Positions 8,840 to 17,554 of a DNA stretch of 35,931 nucleotides are shown here, piece by piece. The stretch comes from Candidatus Omnitrophota bacterium (GTDB lineage Bacteria > Omnitrophota > Gorgyraeia > B26-G9), in assembly GCA_028718845.1 (NCBI GenBank), contig JAQULA010000001.1, positions 1-35,931 on the forward strand, given 5' to 3'. Within the stretch, counting starts at the first letter, position 1, and every line of letters begins with the position of its first letter. The position numbers and the translations under genes were made by a program. The notes beneath the pieces were generated by a model. It ran no database searches. It was not told the origin of the DNA and saw nothing but the letters and a program-made list of their open reading frames with translations.

Positions 8840-10093
8840 ATGAAAATACGGCCGGGATTTTTGTTCCGTTTCATGGTTTTGTCGGTGATCGCGCTGGCGG
8901 TTTTAGTTATGGGGTTTGAGAACGGGTACTCAGCGTTTGGGTATAATTATTTAAAACAGAGGGAATATGATAAGGCAATTCAATCTTTTGTGATGGCCAA
9001 TAACTATTCCGGGCTGGGCCTGACGTATTTGAAGAGAAAGATGTACCAGGATGCGGAAGAAGCGTTTCGATTGGTAAACGATAAAAAGGGCCTGGGCTTG
9101 GTGTATCTGCAAAAGCATGAGCATAACCGGGCATTGGAATATTTTAAAAGTGTCGAAGATTATGCTGGAGTTGGGCTGGTGTTATGTTCTCAGCATAAAT
9201 ATAAAGAAGCGTTGGAGGAAATGAAAAAACAATCCGATTTTACGGCCGCAGCCCACGCGTATATGGGCATGGGGCAATATCGCAAGGCAATACAGCTCTT
9301 CGAAAGTGCCAATGATTATTCCGGCTTGGGCCTGGCATATTTAAGTAAAGGCGACCGCGAAAAAGCACGGGAATGTTTTGAGCGGAACCTGGATTATTCC
9401 GGCTTGGGGCTGGTAGCTTTGCGGAATGGAAATTTTAAACAGGCACGGGAGTATTTTCAGAAAGAAAACGACGTACAAGGTCTTGGCTTGCTGGCATTGA
9501 ATCGGGGGCATTATACTTTGGCAATAAAATATTTTTTGGAGGCAAATGATAAAAGCGGTATCGGCAAGGCTTATTTTAAGATGGGTAACTATGCTCTGGC
9601 GAAACAATACTTTATGGAGGCCAACGATTATGATGCTTTGGGCGACATGTATTTTTCCTTGCGTGGATTCGACAAGGCTTTCGTGTGTTTTGAAAAAGTC
9701 GGGAATAAGGTGAAAGCTCTGCAATGTTTACGGGAAAAGAAGGACCCTGCGGCGGCGAGTGCCTATGCCGAACAGGCGATTCAAGCCGGGGAAATGGTCC
9801 CGGAATTGCGCCTGCAATTGGGGGAAATTTACCGGTCGGAAAAAAAATTCGATCTGGCCGAGACGCAATTTCGCGTGGTTATGCAAATGGAGGAAATGGA
9901 AGAAGACGGTTTGTTGTATCTGGGGCGTTTGCAGTTCGATACGGGTAAATATTCGGAAGCTTTGACCACGTTCCAATCTTTGCTTTCAAAATATCCGGAT
10001 ACCCGTTACGCGGTTGATGTGCAAATTTCTCTGAAGACCATCAAGACGCTTGCGGGCTTAATCGAAAAAAATAAAAACCAATCGGAATTGTAA
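8840..10093 (+). CDS. membrane-anchored/secreted TPR-like repeat protein with ten 26-residue repeats
   Basis: AAAGGAG RBS and an N-terminal hydrophobic anchor. Residues 28-287 form ten back-to-back 26-aa units (consensus NDYSGLGLaYLxxGxyxxAxxyFxxA), followed by ordinary TPR-like helices. It starts 18 nt after the GT2 stop. Confidence 0.7.
   Translation: MKIRPGFLFRFMVLSVIALAVLVMGFENGYSAFGYNYLKQREYDKAIQSFVMANNYSGLGLTYLKRKMYQDAEEAFRLVNDKKGLGLVYLQKHEHNRALEYFKSVEDYAGVGLVLCSQHKYKEALEEMKKQSDFTAAAHAYMGMGQYRKAIQLFESANDYSGLGLAYLSKGDREKARECFERNLDYSGLGLVALRNGNFKQAREYFQKENDVQGLGLLALNRGHYTLAIKYFLEANDKSGIGKAYFKMGNYALAKQYFMEANDYDALGDMYFSLRGFDKAFVCFEKVGNKVKALQCLREKKDPAAASAYAEQAIQAGEMVPELRLQLGEIYRSEKKFDLAETQFRVVMQMEEMEEDGLLYLGRLQFDTGKYSEALTTFQSLLSKYPDTRYAVDVQISLKTIKTLAGLIEKNKNQSEL
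8921..9700 (+). repeat. 10 x 78-bp (26-codon) in-frame coding repeats, diverged at DNA level
   Basis: Hand alignment of the translation shows ten consecutive units of exactly 26 residues with no indels. Confidence 0.8.
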
Positions 10094-10112
10094 CCGGAAG
10101 GGGGGGGTAACC

Positions 10113-13100
10113 ATGAAATTTGTCGGTGGACTAAAGATATTATTTTTGATCGGTACGATTTTTTGTATTGTTTTATTGGTTGGATCAGTTTCGCCATCGG
10201 TTGCTTCTCAATCCGATCCGGATGGTCCGGATGACCATGGGATTTGTCCCTCCGGAGGAGAGCAAGATGATGGTCCGGAAGATCCCGATGACGGGCAGGA
10301 AGATGATGACCATCATGAAGACCCGGTGTCGGTAACCGGAGGGAAAATATTTATCCCGGAAACCGATCTGGAGCTTAACGGCAACGGCAAAAAGACTGGG
10401 GTTGCTTATCTGGTATTTAAACGTTTTTTTTCTTCCCAGTCGGCTTTTTCCGGCGCTTTAGGCCGTGGATGGTCGACAACCGCGGATATTCAGGTGCAGG
10501 AAACTGATGTTGGTGTGACTATCCGCACGGCATTGGGCAGGAAGTTGAATTTTGTTAAAGATTCGGATGGAGCATACAGGAATCCGGAATGCGGGTACAG
10601 CACCTTAACCAAGATTGATAGCGATACTTTTGAATGGACTCTGAGGAGAGGAGCGGAATATGTATTTAAACGTTCCGGGCTGGCGACAGAGCCGGAACTG
10701 TTTCGTGTTCAAACCATTGACGATCGCTATGGAAATCGAATAAAGTTTGAATACCTGGAATTTAACGATCAATCCTTGGGAGGGCTGGTGAGCAAACCGG
10801 TGCGTATTGTCGAACCGGCAACCAACCGTTTTATCCGGATCAATTGGCGGGAGTATTATAACGGGCAAGAAAATGTGTATTTGGTTGAATCGATTGAAGA
10901 TAGCGCAGGAAGGAAAGTCAGTTATGAGTATGATTTGGCTTTTAATGTTTTCAAAGGGTACGATGCCAGTTTGACAAGGGTGACTGATCCCGAAGGCAAT
11001 ATTCAAAGATACGAACATGTTTTTGAAGATACCCCGGACACCACGATCTTGCGCGGTTTTGAAGTTACCGATAAAAAAGGCAATACGACAACATATAATT
11101 TCAACGAACCGTACACTTCGGCCATGGATTACCCGGATTGGAATTGGAACCTGCGGGTGGAGTCGGTGGTTGATCCCTGCGGCGGAACCATGAGTTTTGT
11201 TACAGATGAACTTTTGGGGGTGACCGTATATACGGATAAAGAGGGCAATGCCGCGGTATACGATTATTCGCGGATGCTTTTGGACAGCGCGGTATATGCC
11301 GACGGTAGAAATAAGCGATATGTTTATGACTATTTTCGCAATCTTGTGAAATTTACCGATACTGCTGGGAATGAATGGAATTACGAATATGACGGATTAA
11401 AAAATATTACCAAGCGAGTCGATCCCTTGGGATATTCCGAAGAATGGACATATGAGTCACAATACAGTAAGTGGATAATCAAGAAAGACAAAAACAATAA
11501 TACCTGGCAGCGCGGTATCGACGAAACAGGTTCTATTATTAATGAAACCGATCCGCAAGGTAAAGTAATTCACTATACCTATGATAATTTCGGCAATTTG
11601 CTGACCAAGACCGATGCCATGGGTTATACCATGGTTTATACGTATGATATATTCGGAAATATGGCATCAAAAACCGATGCCGAGGAAAATGCATGGGTTT
11701 ATACCTATGATACGGTGGGCAATTTATTAAGCGAAACCGATCCGCGCGGCAATGTTGTTTCTTATACTTATGATAAACTCGGACGGATGTTGACCAAGAC
11801 TGCTTCAGGCGGAGAAAACGAATCTTTTGTATATGATGCCGAGGGTAATTTAATAACGCAGACCGATGCTCAGGGTAATATTACGCGCTACACATATGAT
11901 GCTATGGACCGCAGGATCGCAGTTCGTTTTGCCGACAATACGGAAATAACCTATGCCTACAATGCCATGGGCAAATTGATCACCGAACATAAACCGAACG
12001 GTACCTGGACCTATGGCTATGATGAACGTAATCGCCGGACCTCGGTTACGGATCCGTTGAACAATACCACTACGTTTACCTATGCCGGGTTGGAGGGCTG
12101 CGGCGGCTGCGGCTCCGGAGATAAGATCGCTGGGATTACGGATGCCCGTGGTAATACGACTACGTTTACCTATGATCCCTTGGGCAGAAAAATTCTGGAA
12201 AAAGACATGTATAACAATGCCGATGAATATGTATATGATGCCAACGGCAATCTGATTGAGGCGATTGACAAAATCGGCAGTCATACGATTTATACTTATG
12301 ACAATCTGAACCGGTTGATCGGCATCACTAATCCGCTGGGGGAAAAGGCAGAGATCGGCTATGATGCCAACGGCAACAAAACCCAGGTAAAAGACGCCAA
12401 AGGAAATGTCAGTCAATATGCTTACGACCGAAATAATCGTTTAGTGCAGATAACTGATGCGTTAAGCGGACAGACGCGGTTCGGCTATGATGCCGCGGGC
12501 AACCGGATAACCTTGACCGACGCCGCAGGGAACCATACCGAGTACGATTATGAAAGTCATAACCGTCTGGCCCGGGAATCCGACGCATTCGGCGCAAGCC
12601 AAATGTTCGAATATGATAATAACGGAAATTTACTTAAAAAAATCAATGCCCGGACAGATGAGATCGCTTATGAATATGACGAAAGGACCCGGATTCATTC
12701 CAAAACCGTGCTTGGTGATGGACAGGTGATCTACACCTATGATGAAGCGGGAAATGTTCTTTCGGCAACCGATCCTATTGGCACGCGGACTTTTGCTTAT
12801 GATAACCTGGACAGGCTGGTAAGCGTGACGTATCCCGGCGGACTTGCGCTGCGTTATGAATATGACGCGGTTGGCAATCGCAGTAAATTGATCTATCCCT
12901 CAGGGACCACGGTAACCAACGCATACGATGCGAATAACCGGCTTTCCGGAACAATAATTGACGGAGGCGGTACGCAAAAGGTTTTTTCTTTTGCTTATGA
13001 TGCAAAAGGCCGCAGGACACAGTTGTCATATCCGAACAATGTAATTACGACCTATGCCTATGACCCGTTGGACCGGGTCCTTTCGATTACCACCGGCAAA

Positions 13101-14537
13101 GCGGAGTTTCCCGGCAGTATCTTGGATATCCGCTACACCTACGATGCGGCAGGCAATCGTATCCAGCGTATTGACAATGCCGGGACACATGCGTATGCTT
13201 ATGACGCTTTGAACCAACTGATCAATGTCGTTTATCCGGACAATACCAGCCAGGCCTATGGTTTCGACGCCGTAGGGAATCGGCTGTCTTTGAATGAAAG
13301 CGGTATTTTTCCGGAGTCGGTTTCCGGTTCGTTCAATGCGCTCAACCAGTTGGAACGGGTAACCAGTTCTACTTATAACGGCGGTACACTCGGTTCGATA
13401 AGCGGAACCTGGGCGGATACCAACATCGACGCGATTACCGTTAACGGAAGTTTTGCAACTATCCGCAATGGTGTGTTCGTGGCGGATAATCTTCAGCTTG
13501 TACCCGGAGCGAACACCTTGAATATATCAGCCGAAGACAAGGCCGGCAATATTACCCAGACAACGCTGGATGTGGTTTTGGACAATACTGCCAAGGCTGT
13601 TTACACCTATGACCCAGACGGCAATCTCAAGACATCATCAGTAAAAGGAGTTACCTGGACCTATACCTGGAACGCGGAGAGCAAGCTGATACGCGCGGCC
13701 TCCAGCAGCGGGAAGGTAATTGATTACGGCTACTACGACGACGGCAACCTTGCGTTCCGGCAGGACAGCAGCGGCAAGGTTGTCTATGTTTATGACGGCA
13801 TCCACTGCATCGCGGAATATGATGAGAGCGGAGCGTTGCTCAAGGAATACGTCTACGGCCCGAACGTGGATGAAGTGCTGTGCGCGCAGACCCCGGCCGG
13901 CGGGGTAGCCTATTATCATCAGGATGCGTTGCAGAGCGTAACAGTGTTGACGGATGGGTTTGCCAACAAGATTACAGACTATGAATACGATGTTTATGGC
14001 GCAGTGACGAAAACAACCAGTGCCACGGACAATCAGATCTTGTTTACCGGCCGGTGGCTGGATAGTGATACTAATCTTTATTACTACAGAGCGAGGTGGT
14101 ACGACGTAAGTAGCGGGAGGTTTGTTAGCTGTGATCCGATTGGAGTAATGGGCGGGGTGAATCTGTATGGGTATTGCGGAAATAATTCAGTAAAGTTTAT
14201 TGATCCGTATGGATTGTTAAAATGGTATGGAAATTGGGGAGGACCTAAATGGAGTGGAGGTAAAGAGGTTTCTCTTGAAAATCTTAGCCCTGAAGAGAGA
14301 AACAAATTAAAGGCACCCATAGATGATAGGGATAGATGCTATATGCTGCATGATTATTGCTATTTTTCCTGTGTAGGATTATGTGATAATAAACAAAGAA
14401 TTTCATGTAAAAAAGGTTGTGATCATAACTTAGGCCTTTGTTTACAACAGGCTAAAGATGGCGGGGATCAAAATATCTCTAGTGAAGAAATTAACTTTTT
14501 TAAATCTGAGAAAAATCCATGGATTTATATGAATTAA
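10113..14537 (+). CDS. Rhs/YD-repeat polymorphic toxin with Sec signal peptide, acidic linker and PLA2-like C-terminal tip
   Basis: The N-terminus has a signal peptide (ILFLIGTIFCIVLLVGSVSPSVASQ) and then a D/E/P-rich linker. Dozens of YD repeats follow (YTYDxxGNL, YxYDxxNRL). The RHS core end is YYYRARWYDVSSGRFVSCDPIG...VKFIDPYGL (DPxGL at 14202-14216). A 106-aa tip occupies 14217-14534. Confidence 0.95.
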   Translation: MKFVGGLKILFLIGTIFCIVLLVGSVSPSVASQSDPDGPDDHGICPSGGEQDDGPEDPDDGQEDDDHHEDPVSVTGGKIFIPETDLELNGNGKKTGVAYLVFKRFFSSQSAFSGALGRGWSTTADIQVQETDVGVTIRTALGRKLNFVKDSDGAYRNPECGYSTLTKIDSDTFEWTLRRGAEYVFKRSGLATEPELFRVQTIDDRYGNRIKFEYLEFNDQSLGGLVSKPVRIVEPATNRFIRINWREYYNGQENVYLVESIEDSAGRKVSYEYDLAFNVFKGYDASLTRVTDPEGNIQRYEHVFEDTPDTTILRGFEVTDKKGNTTTYNFNEPYTSAMDYPDWNWNLRVESVVDPCGGTMSFVTDELLGVTVYTDKEGNAAVYDYSRMLLDSAVYADGRNKRYVYDYFRNLVKFTDTAGNEWNYEYDGLKNITKRVDPLGYSEEWTYESQYSKWIIKKDKNNNTWQRGIDETGSIINETDPQGKVIHYTYDNFGNLLTKTDAMGYTMVYTYDIFGNMASKTDAEENAWVYTYDTVGNLLSETDPRGNVVSYTYDKLGRMLTKTASGGENESFVYDAEGNLITQTDAQGNITRYTYDAMDRRIAVRFADNTEITYAYNAMGKLITEHKPNGTWTYGYDERNRRTSVTDPLNNTTTFTYAGLEGCGGCGSGDKIAGITDARGNTTTFTYDPLGRKILEKDMYNNADEYVYDANGNLIEAIDKIGSHTIYTYDNLNRLIGITNPLGEKAEIGYDANGNKTQVKDAKGNVSQYAYDRNNRLVQITDALSGQTRFGYDAAGNRITLTDAAGNHTEYDYESHNRLARESDAFGASQMFEYDNNGNLLKKINARTDEIAYEYDERTRIHSKTVLGDGQVIYTYDEAGNVLSATDPIGTRTFAYDNLDRLVSVTYPGGLALRYEYDAVGNRSKLIYPSGTTVTNAYDANNRLSGTIIDGGGTQKVFSFAYDAKGRRTQLSYPNNVITTYAYDPLDRVLSITTGKAEFPGSILDIRYTYDAAGNRIQRIDNAGTHAYAYDALNQLINVVYPDNTSQAYGFDAVGNRLSLNESGIFPESVSGSFNALNQLERVTSSTYNGGTLGSISGTWADTNIDAITVNGSFATIRNGVFVADNLQLVPGANTLNISAEDKAGNITQTTLDVVLDNTAKAVYTYDPDGNLKTSSVKGVTWTYTWNAESKLIRAASSSGKVIDYGYYDDGNLAFRQDSSGKVVYVYDGIHCIAEYDESGALLKEYVYGPNVDEVLCAQTPAGGVAYYHQDALQSVTVLTDGFANKITDYEYDVYGAVTKTTSATDNQILFTGRWLDSDTNLYYYRARWYDVSSGRFVSCDPIGVMGGVNLYGYCGNNSVKFIDPYGLLKWYGNWGGPKWSGGKEVSLENLSPEERNKLKAPIDDRDRCYMLHDYCYFSCVGLCDNKQRISCKKGCDHNLGLCLQQAKDGGDQNISSEEINFFKSEKNPWIYMN
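13653..14216 (+). repeat. master copy of the Rhs core-end repeat shared with the downstream orphan cassettes
   Basis: The block TWTYTWNAE...DPYGL recurs, fully or partly, at 15179-15610, 16999-17554, 18676-19269, 19815-20378 and 21258-21557. Confidence 0.9.
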
Positions 14538-14548
14538 TGGGAGGGAAC

Positions 14549-15142
14549 ATGTTTATATTATTTTTATATTTTTCACTGATATCTTTATGGCTTAACATTA
14601 TTTCAACTGTTTCATTTTTAGGGCAAATGGGGTATGGATCATTGGACATATTAACAAAACTTATGTTTTTTATTGGTTTTTTGCCTAGCAAATTGCTTGG
14701 TTTAATGCAAGGTGATTTTGCCAGATTTGCTTTCAGTTTTAAATTATATTTTATTAATATGTTGACATGGGGATTATTGGGATGCTTAATATGGGTGTTT
14801 TTAGTTAAAAGTATGCATGTAAAAGAAACAAAGATTAATTTAACAACGCGAAATTTGATTTGGGGGTTCTTAGCAGGTAATTTGTTGTCAATTTTAATTA
14901 TAATTTTTATTACAATGTTTAGCATTGATATTTTTCATCCGGTATTAGGCTTTATAATAGGGCCGATAGTCTTTTTTAAATTTTTTGCGAAGCAACAAGG
15001 AGCACTAGTTATCATCGAAAATATATATTATATCTTTTTAAGCACATATTTTTTTGAAATCACAGCTAAACATAGAAATAAATTTTTGTCAGTAATTTTT
15101 ATAATGCATTTGATTTTCGGAATTTTCGCGATTTTACTTTAG
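14549..15142 (+). CDS. polytopic membrane protein, candidate immunity protein for the main Rhs tip
   Basis: ATG 14549 is preceded by GGGAGGG and lies directly after the rhs stop (14537). The gene is very AT-rich and the product is almost entirely hydrophobic helices. I recognise no family. Confidence 0.55.
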   Translation: MFILFLYFSLISLWLNIISTVSFLGQMGYGSLDILTKLMFFIGFLPSKLLGLMQGDFARFAFSFKLYFINMLTWGLLGCLIWVFLVKSMHVKETKINLTTRNLIWGFLAGNLLSILIIIFITMFSIDIFHPVLGFIIGPIVFFKFFAKQQGALVIIENIYYIFLSTYFFEITAKHRNKFLSVIFIMHLIFGIFAILL

Positions 15143-15178
15143 TGCAAAATTAGCAGGCATAATCCTAATTTTAGATAA

Positions 15179-15610
15179 TATATTTACGACGGCATCCACT
15201 GCATCGCCGAGTATGACGAAACCGGGGCTTTGCTTAAGGAATACGTCTATGGCCCGAACGTGGATGAAGTGCTGTGCGCGCAGACTCCGGCAGGCGGGGT
15301 AGCGTATTATCATCAGGATGCGTTGCAGAGCGTAACAGCGTTGACGGATGGGTTTGCCAACAAGGTTGTATCTTACGAATATGATGTGTATGGTGCACTA
15401 ACCAAGACAGTTGGCACAATAGATAATCAGATCCTGTTTACCGGACGGTGGCTGGATAGTGATACTAATCTTTATTACTACAGAGCGAGGTGGTACGACG
15501 TAAGTAGCGGGAGGTTTGTTAGCTGTGATCCGATTGGGGTGATGGGCGGGGTGAATTTGTATGCGTATGTGGGGAATAATGGCGTAAACAGAATTGATCC
15601 TTTGGGGCTT
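15179..15610 (+). repeat. Rhs core-end repeat, copy 2 (5'-truncated, starts at YIYDGIHC)
   Basis: It aligns by eye to 13790-14216 of the main gene and ends at DPLGL (15596-15610). An in-frame TAA lies at 15176. Confidence 0.9.
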
Positions 15611-16036
15611 AAAGTTACGTGTAAGAGAAGTACTTGGGATCCTATTCTTCAGATAATAGATCCTTATGATGGCCCGATTGTAGACTCAAAAGTCGAGTGG
15701 CACTATAGGACAATAGGTGTTAAATTTTTGAGTGGGCCTGATTTTAGTAATAATGAAGATGGGTGTTTAGGATGCAAATGTATTCAAGAATATTTTAAAA
15801 TGGTAAAAATTTCAACGTATTTAGATTATTTGATTGAAAAAGCTACTGTAACATGTTTTGATGACGTAAATAACGCAACATGGATATATGATTTAACAAG
15901 AAGAAATGGACGTAGGTTCACGACAAAAAAAGAAGAATTCCCTGTGGTTCCAACTCAGTTTGAAGATCCAGGGATTGTATTAGGCAACGGAGCTTGCAAT
16001 TGTGAAACTGATGATGCGATTGTGTATGGCAAATAA
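15230..16036 (+). CDS. orphan rhs-CT cassette 1 (Rhs core end + 141-aa novel toxin tip)
   Basis: The tracked ORF begins at a TTG, and there is no ATG or RBS at the homology start. The core end is YYYRARWYDVSSGRFVSCDP...DPLGL. The AT-rich tip at 15611-16033 contains 7 Cys. Confidence 0.75.
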   Translation: MLKEYVYGPNVDEVLCAQTPAGGVAYYHQDALQSVTALTDGFANKVVSYEYDVYGALTKTVGTIDNQILFTGRWLDSDTNLYYYRARWYDVSSGRFVSCDPIGVMGGVNLYAYVGNNGVNRIDPLGLKVTCKRSTWDPILQIIDPYDGPIVDSKVEWHYRTIGVKFLSGPDFSNNEDGCLGCKCIQEYFKMVKISTYLDYLIEKATVTCFDDVNNATWIYDLTRRNGRRFTTKKEEFPVVPTQFEDPGIVLGNGACNCETDDAIVYGK

Positions 16037-16049
16037 AGTGGGGGTGGGT

Positions 16050-16973
16050 ATGAAAAAACTGCTATTATGTTTGGGTATTGGAATGCTTACATATATTTTT
16101 TTTGTTTCCGATGTTGTAGCCAATGAACTTTATTTTTCAACAGCCAAAGGATCAGTTACAACAGAAGAACAGGTTCTTTTCGAAGAAATGGCAGATGAAA
16201 ACGGGCAAACGTTGTTTGTTAAAAAAGAGCCTTTGTTTACCTACGAGGAAATTGTGTCGATTGAAATCGGAGAAAAGCTATCTGATGACGATAAATACTT
16301 AATTGCTTTTCAATTGAAGCCAGATAGCATTAATAAAATAGAAAAATTGTTTAATTCGGAAGTAGAGACAAGATTTGCGATTGTGTTAAACAGGAAGCTC
16401 CTGGGTGCCCCCTTTATGCGTAAAGGAATAATTCCATCTGTAATTACCGCTACAATAAAAATGGATGAAATGCGATTAAAGGAACTGAAAGCGGTGAGAG
16501 AGAAAATAATGGAAGTAATCCCAGGGGTACAAAACACAAGGAATAATTCCGAGGGGGCTTCTTCTGTTAGAATGGAAGAGCAGGGTGATAAGCTGATCGA
16601 CAATGGCGATTATAAACAAGCTATTACGTGGTTTATTAAATTACATGAGCAGTTCCCCGATAACCCGACTTATTATGAAAAAATAGGTTTTTGTTATTTT
16701 CTCTTGAAAGATTATAAAAAAGCGATAGATAATCTTTGCCGTGCCAGGCAGTTAACTGCGAAAGAAAACCAGTGGAAGATTGTGATGATGATTGCCAAGT
16801 CATATCAGTTGCAAGGGGATCGTAGACGTGCAGTCCTTGAAATGGAAAAGGAGATTAAATTTTTTGATAATTACTTAAAGAATAAGTTAGCGACAGATGA
16901 TTCAAAACTGTTTTTTCAGATTAGGAAAAAAATATTTGAAGATGAACTAAAAGTGCTGAAGGCCGAAAAGTAA
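16050..16973 (+). CDS. secreted TPR-containing protein, candidate immunity 1
   Basis: ATG 16050 (MKKLLLCLGIGMLTYIFFVSDVVA, a signal peptide) starts 14 nt after the orphan 1 stop. C-terminal TPR-like helices include GDYKQAITWFIKLHEQFPDNPTYY and KDYKKAIDNL. Confidence 0.55.
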   Translation: MKKLLLCLGIGMLTYIFFVSDVVANELYFSTAKGSVTTEEQVLFEEMADENGQTLFVKKEPLFTYEEIVSIEIGEKLSDDDKYLIAFQLKPDSINKIEKLFNSEVETRFAIVLNRKLLGAPFMRKGIIPSVITATIKMDEMRLKELKAVREKIMEVIPGVQNTRNNSEGASSVRMEEQGDKLIDNGDYKQAITWFIKLHEQFPDNPTYYEKIGFCYFLLKDYKKAIDNLCRARQLTAKENQWKIVMMIAKSYQLQGDRRRAVLEMEKEIKFFDNYLKNKLATDDSKLFFQIRKKIFEDELKVLKAEK

Positions 16974-16998
16974 ATACGCGATTTTGTAGCCGGCACCC

Positions 16999-17554
16999 CT
17001 ATACCTGGAACGCGGAGAACAAGCTGATACGCGCGGCCTCCAGCAGCGGGAAGGTGATTGATTACGGCTACTACGACGACGGCAATCTGGCGTTCCGGCA
17101 GGACAGCAATGGCAAGGTTGTCTATATTTACGACGGCATCCACTGCATCGCCGAGTATGACGAAACCGGGGCTTTGCTTAAGGAATACGTCTATGGCCCG
17201 AACGTGGATGAAGTATTGTGCGCGCAGACTCCGGCCGGCGGGGTTTTCTATTACCACCAGGATGCTTTGCAGAGCGTGACGGCATTGACCGATGGATTCG
17301 CCAACAAGATTACAGACTATGAATACGATGTTTACGGCGCAGTGACGAAAACAACCAGTGCCACGGACAATCAGATCTTGTTTACCGGCCGGTGGCTGGA
17401 TGTGGAGACAGGGTTGTATTATTACCGGGCGCGGTGGTATGATTCGGAAACCGGGAGGTTTATCAGCTGTGATCCGATTGGGGTGATGGGCGGGGTGAAT
17501 TTGTATGGGTATTGCGGAAATAATGGTGTCAATAATACTGACCCATTGGGATTA
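16999..17554 (+). repeat. Rhs core-end repeat, copy 3
   Basis: YTWNAENKLIRAASSSGKVIDYGYYDDGN ... DPLGL (17540-17554). Confidence 0.9.
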
